A stretch of 64,000 nucleotides of DNA from Macrostomum lignano (Eukaryota), in contig NIVC01000022.1 in assembly GCA_002269645.1 (NCBI GenBank), positions 62,001 through 126,000 of the forward strand. The letters run 5' to 3'. The stretch's first letter is position 1, and each line of letters begins with the position of its first letter. The notes below the pieces were generated by a model. The model was not told the DNA's origin, made no database searches, and saw only the letters and a list, made by a program, of their open reading frames with translations. This document shows, in pieces, positions 43,410 to 54,000 of the stretch. The position numbers were made by a program, and so were the translations under genes.

Positions 43410-44600
43410 TGCTATGCAACAGGATATAAAAGCAACTTAACATCTCTACCTGAAGCCAGAATACCAATTTGCCTCCATTGCTTTCTGAGCAATGATAAAG
43501 TTGCTCACTGTTGGCAGTAGATTTTGGAGCTTAATTTCATAGAACTTGCAGACATTTGCAAACAGAAATTATGAGTATGCAGTTTGCACTTTCTGGACAG
43601 TGCCTACAATTGCCCAGCTTTGTGACATTCTGCTGGAGCACACCTGTGCTGGGATGCTCTGCCAGACCTTGAACTAACAATGCCTTGTCTCACTTGTTAC
43701 GATGTGGAACCACTGGTCTCTAGAAGCAATGAAGAAGCAGATAACACTTACCCACCTTAGTTGAAGCATTGGGACTCAGAATCCGCTGCTACTGCTCATT
43801 ATTTACCACTGTCGCTGCCATCTGGACTTCAGCATCGCATACAACCTATGGCCTTGTCAACAAAGCGTGAAAAACATATAAATGAGCTAAAGAATGTGTA
43901 TCAGTATATAAACAGACAGCAATCAATCATCCAGCATCCAGTGCCTCTAACAACAGATCACGAAGGCAAAGGAAGTCAAATTCCAAAGCATTACAATGCA
44001 CCATATGACAAAAAGCAGCTTGAAACTTTAGGTCATTGTAACCCGTGGCATGAGGTGGTCAAAAGATGACCTAACTTTATCAATAAAGCTTTACCATAAG
44101 AGTCCAGCCACATACAAGATGCTAAGAAAGCAGTGGCAATTGCCTCTTCTCTCAGAGTCTGCACTTAGTGCCAGACATGTCAATTCTTCAAGTCACCTAG
44201 AGTCTGCTCCACAACCACAGATACTATGTTATTGAAGCAAAAGCTTGCCACAGAGCTGGACCATCTGCATCTAGCAACCCTGTGCTTTGATAGGATGAGC
44301 CTATCACCTAGCATTCACTATGATCAATATAAGGACAAAGTAATTGGCTTCAACCTAGACAACTCCACTAAAGATGCTCAGCGACTTCTAAAGCCAATCA
44401 ATGAAGCCATTGTCACTATCTTGTAAGTAGTTTTAGGCAACTGGAAGCAGGCTATTGCCTATTACCCTGTTTATTGAACTTTTGGGCAGATGGGCTTTGC
44501 TGCTGCAATTGACAAGTGTCTCTGGGCAAGTCACGAAATTAGCATTTGAGTATTGGCTCTTGTTGCTGACCAAGAGACAACACAGTAAGCGTTTTTCTCA
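43410..44600 (+). mobile_element. P-element/THAP9-like transposase pseudogene
   Basis: THAP remnants (LHCFLSNDKVAHCWQ, VCSLHF), LYHKSPATYKMLRKQWQLP, LCFDRMSL..YDQYKDKVIGF, GNWKQAIAYY; many stops and frameshifts. Confidence 0.75.
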
Positions 44601-45946
44601 CAACTATTAAGCAATCTTTTTTTGCTTACTTAAAAATGTTTAGCCATTTCATTTATTACTTTGTATGTATAGAAGTAATCAAATAAAGTCTTACATAATC
44701 TTTCATTGTTGATTAAAATTTATACCATTTTAAAGTTGAAAGCAGAAAAATAAAAAGTAGGTTTTAAGAAGTCTTTGCATTTAAAGATAATAATTTAGGT
44801 AGCCCTGTTCCAATAAAGCCTAGCAAAAACCATACCAAGGTATTAAGATACTTAAAAGATTTTAATTGTATTAAAAATTATGTCCTATTTAAAAATGTCT
44901 AATAATGCTACTTTTGCTACTACAAAGAGTAGTTGAATGCATTTTTTGTGAGTGACATATCTAGTTATTCTAGTATCTATGTATGCACCTAAAAATAAAC
45001 TGTACTAATTAAAAAATTATGGTCTTTTTTAAAAATTACTTGTATATAATTTACCTGGGGCAGGTAGCACAGTAACAACCCAACTTGAAACTTTAGTCTA
45101 TGTTGGCATATGTTATGGTGTATACTATACTCATATGCTAACCTTGTAGCATGCAGATTTGTAAGTATTGTGATTTGCAATCATTAATTGTATAATTGTT
45201 CATTAATGTATAATTAATTGTGTTTGATAGGGCCTATACATATTAAGTACAAAAATTGTTTCAAAGATAACTTATACAATTTTTATTCAAACAAGTAAAT
45301 TATTTCTATTTTGTTTTAACTATAAAAGTCTATTTACTATAGGCTAAACTACAAAAATTCTAGAATCTAAGACCCACATCTAATTTGTCTACTAGAAAAA
45401 GTTGTTTTGTCTGCCAGTAGACAAAAAGGCAGCAGGCAAAATTACTGCACACTAGTTCTAGCATACATGGGAATCTGTTCTCTAATAGCTATGGATCCAG
45501 TAGTGCTATATAGGCCCCTTAATATAGAACATAGAAGTATATTGGATATAAAAATATTGCTAATGTGCAGGGCTCTTCCTGATTCTTATAAAATTGATAA
45601 TAATTTTGAATGTGTGCCAAATCTAGGATAACACATTTGTTATAATACACATATTTTTCATAATATTTTACACAAACAAATTTTTGTTTAAACTAGCAGT
45701 AAATTTTAGTATAAATAGAAGCATTTTTGACAGAGGAGAGACCAACCTTGCATATTGCAGTTTGATAACACAGTTAATAATGGATAGTAAGAGTTCCAAA
45801 TAAACATTATTGAAGATTGTTTCCAAGTTATTCATTTGCAGAGAAGTGAAGTGGCAGAGAACACATACAGTATATACTACTAAGAAGTGGAAGTAGTAAG
45901 AGATTACAAAGTAGATTCTAAATTGATACATGAAAGAATAACCAAA

Positions 45947-47066
45947 GGCGGCAATCTTCTAGTTTCACACGTTTAATTATTTTAAAGCATTTTTAATTAT
46001 TTTCAGCAAAGGCAAAGCAATCATGGCTAGGCGCCCTGCAGCACCAACGACTATTGTTCCGGTCCCAGACCTACGACCTGCTGCTGATCTGTGCAACCTG
46101 AACCCCTCGATATGTGAGTTCAGTGCAATTACAGCTACAAATGATGTGATGATCCTCTGGCTAGCCACGTACTACCTGCTAGCCAATGAACGTCGCTATG
46201 CCAATTGTCCTGGGCAGCCATCCATGTGGCTGCAGAGACGGGAAGGTGACTGCTTCATTGACTGCTGCTGCTGCTGGGCTTGCCCACAATGCTGGACGCA
46301 GGCCTTGATCCGAAAAGGATCATTCTTTGAGGCTAGCCATCTGCCTTTGACGCAGCTGATGGATCTTATCTACTGGTGGGCAGTGCAGGCCAAGAAGGAG
46401 GATGCCTGGCAGCAATGTGGAAATGTTGCTCTCCAAACGATTGTGGATTGGCAGAATTTTATCCGGGATGTCTGTGGCCAGTTCTTGCAGGACCACCCAC
46501 TGAAGCTTGGAGGGCCTGGCATAGATGTCAAGATTGACAAGAGCTACTTTTTCCACTGCAAATACTATTAGGGCTAGTATTGACTAGGTCAGTGGGTTCT
46601 TAGAATGGTGGAACCTGGCTCTGGCCACTGCATGATGGTGGCCATCCCAGATCGCAGCGCTGCCAGCATCCTGCCCCTTATGCAACGGTATGTGCTGCCC
46701 TGTACTTGCATTATCACCAACCAGTGGCAGACATACAACCAACTGCCCAATCATTTGACAGTGAACCACTGGCTGCACTTTGTAGACCCTAACCACCTAG
46801 AAGTCCATACAAACATAATGGAGGGCACATGGGCCCATGCTAAGGCCTGTTTTAGGGCCATGCATGGCACATCCAAGGCCCTGTTTAACACCCACTTGGA
46901 CGAATTTCTCTGGAATTGCTGCCACCTGCGCAACACCTTTGGGAAGATCCTTTTCTAGGTGGTGCACTATTATGCCGTCTGAGGCATAAAACATAAAACA
47001 AAACTGTCATTAACTATTATTTTAAAAACAGTTTGAATTAAACGTGCGAAACTAGAAGATTGCCCC
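45947..47066 (+). mobile_element. Merlin (IS1595/ISXO2-like) DNA transposon, full-length but inactivated
   Basis: About 31-bp TIRs GGCGGCAATCTTCTAGTTTCACACGTTTAATT and its reverse complement ending 47066. ORF pieces 46023-46571 and 46605-46958 contain GGPGIDVKIDKS, PDRSAASILP, TVNH..FVDP, HTNIMEGTW. No clean TSD. Confidence 0.85.
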
Positions 47067-50000
47067 AAAAACTGTGTGACCCTCTGATCTTAGTAATGCC
47101 CAGGATTGGAAGTATATGCAATACATATACCAATAATCCAATATACTGCTCAGGCCAGAAATTCCCAGAATAAGAGCAAATGCTACCAGAATAATAGTAA
47201 ATGCTATAGGAATTACAGGATAACGATACTTGTAAGGACTAAATATTATTCTATGAACAATATACTCAGACAAATTCTCAAATATATACTCAGACAACTA
47301 CTTAGATATATACTTGGACTAATTCCAAGAAACATTTCTTAGACTTATTCTAAGACTAACAAACTTATAATTTATTAATAAAATAGTCTTGGTGGCAGCT
47401 ACCAACATTAGGCCTAAGACATTTAATAGGCCCTATAGGCCTAGAAAGAAGTTTACTGCTAGGCCTAGCACAACTTTGGTGACTCAGTGGTGGGATAATT
47501 TCAGTGAGAGAAGTATAACCCCTAGTACAACTTGGTGGCATTGTGGAATCATTTATAAAGACGGAAGGTTAGCCCTTTGACACTAAGAAATAAGAATACA
47601 TGGAACTTTAGAAGTCTAAACATTAGAAGTATCTCATTTCTAATCTCATTGTATCATCTTCAATCTTATCTAGCTAGAACAAAATCTCAATATCTGCCTG
47701 CTATGTTAATGTTTCTGCTATTGCTAGTGCTAGGCCTAGCTAATGCTATGCTATATTTTAATGTATAGAAAAAAATGTTCTTGTTACATTACAATGGCAT
47801 TGACAGATCCATAGCCATTAGAAAACTCTAGCGATTGCTGTAAGAACTTGCATATTTGGTCAGAAATCTTTCTGATTTAAATTTCTGGCACAGAGTAGGC
47901 CTAGGATGTCTACCAAACAGCAAAAAATGTTTTTTTTCTGCTTAGATGATACATCATCCTGACTATGGTCGATGGGTTTAGGCCTAGGCTATCAGTATCA
48001 TCCCCTTATGCTATGGCTGGACATATAAGTTATAGGCCTAAGTTGAGTTGAAAGTATATGCAATGTTGATGCAAGCCGACCTGCACTATAGCAAAGTAAT
48101 AACAATAACAACTACGTTTTTAGCTACTTGTTTTATGTTAAAAATCCTGTTAGTTTGTAAAAAAGAAAATTTTAACCTTACAAGAATATATATCAAAAAA
48201 GAATAGATTTACATATAGTAAAGTACATACTAGATATTAGATAATTAGTCTCAATCTCTGAAGAAACTTCTGTGGCAGGCGGAATGCCACAATTAAACTG
48301 ATGATATTATTACTTTAATAAACTCATCATTAATCGCATGCAAATTTTTCCCTTTTTCTATTGGCTGTCATTGTTCGTTTTCCACGTCCATCGTCTGTTC
48401 AATCCCCCTTCCGTTCCATGGTCTGATTTTGTCCCTTCCCTGTTTTTCACTGTCCCTCGTTTGAATTTTTGTTTATCCGCGCGTAGACTTAGTGTTTTTG
48501 AGCCGTGTCCATCCCGTGAATTTTGCTGCCCACTGCTCTGCCCAACGCCTGTCTCCATCGTTTGTATGTTTTCCCGGTTTTATTTAAACCGCCGTCCCGA
48601 GCCCTGCCTTTCCTCATTCCTGCTCCCTCTCTCGTTTTCTTTCTCTCCCCCTTGCAATTTGTTCGTTTAAAACAACTAGTCTATTTAGTTCATTAACTAG
48701 TTTATCGTTCTCATAATTCAGCACCCCGGTGCCGCTCGCGAAGTCATCTCTGTTGTTTTATTTTACTCATAGCCTGCTACAATAATATCTCAAATTAATT
48801 AATAACCACAATAATAACCTATCTGTAACCGCTACACTCATAAATTTTTCGTTGACGTTAAGCCATAGCCTATCTTGAGTCATTTGCCCACGGGGCGTGA
48901 AACAATCAAATTTCTCAGCGCAAAGAAAGTTTCTGACACTTATTCGTTCCGTAATACGTAAATCACGGTGGTTGCAGCTCTAACCTACTGAAAGTAACAA
49001 GCTCTGCAAATCGACCCGGCCAAATTTAAGCGATTTCAGAATATCGGTGACTCTACCATTTGAACGACCGCGCCGCTACACGACCGCTCCGCTACGATTA
49101 CGACTACCCTCCCCCGGAATTTGAGGACCCCGGCAGTCGGAGTAAACGTAGGAGAAAGAGTTTCGTTGTGATTCGTCTGCGCGATTTCCGGATTTATTCG
49201 TGCGAACGCAACGCCGGCGGGAATTCAAACGTGGAAATGGAATCCGCCCCACCCCATTTGTTGTCAGCAAACCCGCCAACCTTCCAACAAAACTTTCTCC
49301 ACCCCACCTCACTTTACTCGAATTTTTCATACCAAATTTAAGCGAAATTTTACAATCAATCAATAATTCGAACAAGGTCTTCCTTTAGATGCGTGAGTTT
49401 AGGCTATTAATTTCCTCAGAATGTAGTATAGTAAGCTAAAATAAGTTAAAACTGAAAAAATACAACTAAACGAAGTCAGCGGACATTTAAGTCTACATGA
49501 GGACTAAGGGCAATCAAAAGAAATTTTAGGAATTTAGGCGAGAATTCTAATGAATAGTTTAATAAATTCTTGTGGCTGGCGATGATGGCGCCCCTTTTCC
49601 TTTGGGTTGGCAGTCCCAATTAAGTATTGTCAGTATATTCTGAACTACTTTAATTGAATGGACGGAGTGATTGAATCCAAAACGATTGACAAAATACTTC
49701 GAGTGTCAGAAAACCAAGCAATTAGAAGTTGCTTGGCTAACTTCATACTATAGGCTCAGGTCTTCATCAAAATGGCCCTCAGTTTTCTCAGTATGGCGCC
49801 CCTCTGGTGTATAACATGGCACCCCTACTGCTGTATGCTTATAAAATAGATCCGTCCTCAGTTTATATTTATATAAACCCGTCTCTAAAATCACCCAATA
49901 GAATAACAAAAGATAGGTTGAAAAGTGACACCGATAATCCGATATAAATATCGGAGTACGGCCGTACATTAGACGTTAGAGTGGGAATCTCTTGTACGTA

Positions 50001-50666
50001 ATAAGCTTCTTCCATATACATGTACAGTACTTATTCATACTTAGTGGTGTGTGGAGTGAATAGAGGTTTTTGCCTTAGACAGTTGCGTCGTCGAGCGCCC
50101 CCTGTAGATAATTTTTTAATTGAGAATTCAGGGCCTGAAGCAAAGATCATATATACAGAGAGAATATAAGATCTATGGCCTGAAGGTACTTTTTGTTGAC
50201 AGCTTGCTTGCCGCCGTTGACATTATAGTCAGTCGGACTCGGCACACAATGAGCTGTTTATTTCAGTTTAATTTTTTAAAAAACACCGAAAGGACCACAC
50301 CATGGGGAGTTAAAAACAACAGCAAAAAATCCTGACGTGAATGAAGCGCATGCTGTCAAATAAATAGAAGCTCAATCAACGAAAAGTCGGCTAAACTACG
50401 GAGCGCACAAAACGCGATTATTGGAATAGAAGAAGCGCCTAAGCACGGTTTTTGTGAGGTTTTCTTATGAAAAATGAAAGCAAATCAGCGATGCAATTGT
50501 TCACAAAATGCAGCACTCATGTACAATTCTATTATTCTGGCAGTGCAAATGCACAAGAGTTGCATCCTGCATTATAGGGTAAATATTGGTTAATAGACAA
50601 TTAAATAAGGATTAAAATGATACATCAAGACAATTCCCGAGTGCCCCTGTTGTTGTTTCTACTGTT

Positions 50667-50734
50667 CAGTAATATTGCATTACCAGTAATATTGCATTAC
50701 CAGTAATATTGCATTACCAGTAATATTGCATTAC
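50667..50734. repeat. 17-bp tandem repeat x4 (CAGTAATATTGCATTAC)
   Basis: Directly visible. Confidence 0.9.
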
Positions 50735-50817
50735 GGTTAATACTGCAGGACTGCAGGACTGCTGCAGTCTACATGCGTCTCAGCTCCCCTCAGATTTCGG
50801 GCCTTCGGAACATACAT

Positions 50818-50971
50818 GCGCAACCTTGGGAATCACCCGGCCGTTTCTATTGGCAACACACACATGTAAGTCGCTATTGGCTGAGAGCAGTCACGTGACT
50901 ACTATTCTGTCCAATAGCGACACATGTGTGTGTTGCCAATAGAAACGGCCGAGTGAATCCCAAGGTTGCGC
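50818..50971. other. 154-bp inverted repeat (fold-back element) just 3' of the OGA stop
   Basis: Arms of about 62 bp are near-perfect reverse complements (GCGCAACCTTGGGAATCACCCGGCCGTTTCTATTGGCAACACACACATGT..); the loop contains the palindrome AGTCACGTGACT. Confidence 0.85.
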
Positions 50972-51068
50972 CCAAGCATGCTTCGGAAAGATACAAATGA
51001 AGCCATTATGCTCATTTGAGCACAGAAAGCAAGTTCCCTCAGAGTCCCTGTGTGGTCTCTGCCCGAAT

Positions 51069-54000
51069 TTACCGCAACGACCGGCCGAGCAGCTGCCAGC
51101 CGCGCCTCGCCGCCTCCGGACAGTCGCGCCGTTGAAAGCCGAGACAGTCGCACAGATCGCTGGCCAGGCAGTCGGCGTCCTGCTGCCCTGGCTGCTTCTG
51201 CTCCGCCGGCAACAGGCAGTGCAGCCAGACGCCTCCAGCATCCTGCAGAGCGTCCAGGCAGCGCGCCAGCAGGCGGCGCAGCGGCCTGGATTTCGAGTCC
51301 AACGACAGGTCGCAACGGCCGCCGGGCGACACGGCGAAGTGCAGCAGCGCCGGGGGCGGCGGCGGCGGCGCTGCCGGTGGCAGGCGGACCGCCGCAGCGG
51401 GAGGCTCGGGCAGAAAGTCCTGCCGGGTGAGAGGCAGACGGGGTTTCAGTACAGTGCGCCTCGCTATGTACATTCGACACCATCGCTGCGTACATTCACC
51501 ATCGCCACGTACATTTGACACCATCGCTATGTACATTCGACACCATCACTATGTACATTCGACACCATCACTATGTACATTTGACACCATCGCTATGTAC
51601 ATTCGACACCATCACTATGTACATTCGACACCATCACTATGTACATTCGACACCATCGCTATGTACATTCGACACCATCGCTATGTACATTCGACACCAT
51701 CACTATGTACATTCGACACCATCGCTGCATAAATTTCAAAAATTTCTCACCAAAGTTTCAGGCGTTTCGCCGACTTTGCTGCAGGGCAGAACGCAGGCGA
51801 AGGCGCAGACACCGAACGCGTCCTCCAGCACGAATCCGGCCGACTCGCCGCTGCCGCTGCCGCAGAGCAGCTCCAGCAGGCGGTCGGCCGGGGTGCGCGG
51901 CTCCGTGCAGCAGGCCAGCTCGGCCAGGGCGCCCCGGTCGATGTCCGAGCTGCACCGGCGCACGGCGAACACCCGGTGAAGCAGGAGGCTCCGCGAGGCG
52001 TCCGGTGGGAGCAGCCGCTGCAGCTCGGCTGCCAGGCCACCGCGGCACAGCGACGCTGACGAAGGCGACAGCGACGCCTGTTGCTCTGACCGCCGTGACT
52101 CACCGCTTTCTAGGAAAGTTAAGGCCGGGAAATAATGAAGCCTACCTACCTCTGAGTCCTTTCTTGAATCCCCATGTCAGTCCACTCCAATCCCCATGTC
52201 AGTCCACTCCAATCCCCATGTCAGTCCACTCCAATCCCCATGTCAGTCCACTCCAATCCCCATGTCAGTCCACTCCAATCCCCATGTCAGTCCACTCCAA
52301 TCCCCATGTCAGTCCACTCCAATCCCCATGTCAGTCCACTCCAATCCCCATGTCAGTCCACTCCAATCCCCATGTCAGTCCACTCCAATCCCCATGTCAG
52401 TCCACTCCAATCCCCATGTCAGTCCACTCCAATCCCCATGTCAGTCCACTCCAATCCCCATGTCAGTCCACTCCAATCCCCATGTCAGTCCACTCCAGTC
52501 CCCATGCCAGCCTACTGAAGGCCCAGTCCCCTCTCGCAACTGCAACTCACTCCTGCTGCTCAGGTAGGCATTCAGCGTGTCCAACACGTGGCACACGTTG
52601 CCAACGTAGGGCAGGAGTTCGAGCGCCAGTCGCCTATTAGCCAGCATGTTGAGCTTGCGCCGCACCAGCCTCAGGCTGGCGAGCTCCCGGTCAAACGAGG
52701 CGGCTCTGTCCGCCCAGTCGGCCGGCCGGTCTCCGGAGGCAGCGGCGGCAGCAGTGGAGCCGACGCGCAGCCAGTGGAATTCGTCAAGCAGGCGGACGGC
52801 CCAGTCGCCGTGCCGGTAGGGCAGGTAGAACAGGTGGCAGACTCGGAGCAGCTCGTCCGCTGTGAGCGGCGACCGGCACACGGCCTCGTCCGAGCTGCTG
52901 TCGCTGCTGCGGCTGTCCGAGTACAGATCGGCCGAGTCCGCGTCGCTGTCTGACGACACCTCGGCCTGCTGCTGACGGACGGGGCGGGTGTTGGGGAGCC
53001 GTGTGTGATTGTGGCAGATCCTGTCTGTGGCTGAATAGGGATCTAGGAGGCCCAGCAACTGAGGATCTATGAAGCTGGTCTAGCAACTGAGGATCTTGGA
53101 GGCTGGCCTAGCAACTGAGGATCTGGGAGGCTGGTCTAGCAACTGAGGATCTGAGAGGCTGGTCTAGCAACTGAGGATCTGAGAGGCTGGCCCAGCAACT
53201 GAGGATCTGGGAGGCCCAGCAACTGAGGATCTGAGAGGCTGGTCCAGCAACTGAGGATCTGAAAGGCTGGTCCAGCAACTGAGGATCTGGGAGGCTGGTC
53301 CAGCAACTGAGGATCTGAGAGGCTGGTCCAGCAACTGAGGATCTGAAAGGCTGGCCCAGCAACTGAGGATCTGGGAGGCTGGTCTAGCAACTGAGGATCT
53401 GAGAGGCTGGTCCAGCAACTGAGGATCTGGGAGGCTGGTCCAGCAACTGAGGATCTGAAAGGCTGGCCCAGCAACTGAGGATCTGGGAGGCTGGTCTAGC
53501 AACTGAGGATCTGAGAGGCTGGTCCAGCAACTGAGGATCTGAGAGGCTGGTCCAGCAACTGAGGATCTGAAAGGCTGGCCCAGCAACTGAGGATCTCGGA
53601 GGCTGGTCCAGCAACTGAGGATCTGAGAGGCTGGTCCAGCAACTGAGGATCTGAAAGGCTGGCCCAGCAACTGAGGATCTGGGAGGCTGGTCTAGCAACT
53701 GAGGATCTGAGAGGCTGGTCCAGCAACTGAGGATCTGGGAGGCTGGTCCAGCAACTGAGGATCTGAAAGGCTGGCCCAGCAACTGAGGATCTGGGAGGCT
53801 GGTCTAGCAACTGAGGATCTGAGAGGCTGGTCCAGCAACTGAGGATCTGAGAGGCTGGTCCAGCAACTGAGGATCTGAAAGGCTGGCCCAGCAACTGAGG
53901 ATCTCGGAGGCTGGTCCAGCAACTGAGGATCTGAGAGGCTGGTCCAACAACTGAGGATCTGGGAGGCCCAGCAACTGAAGATCTGGAAGGCCCAGCAACT

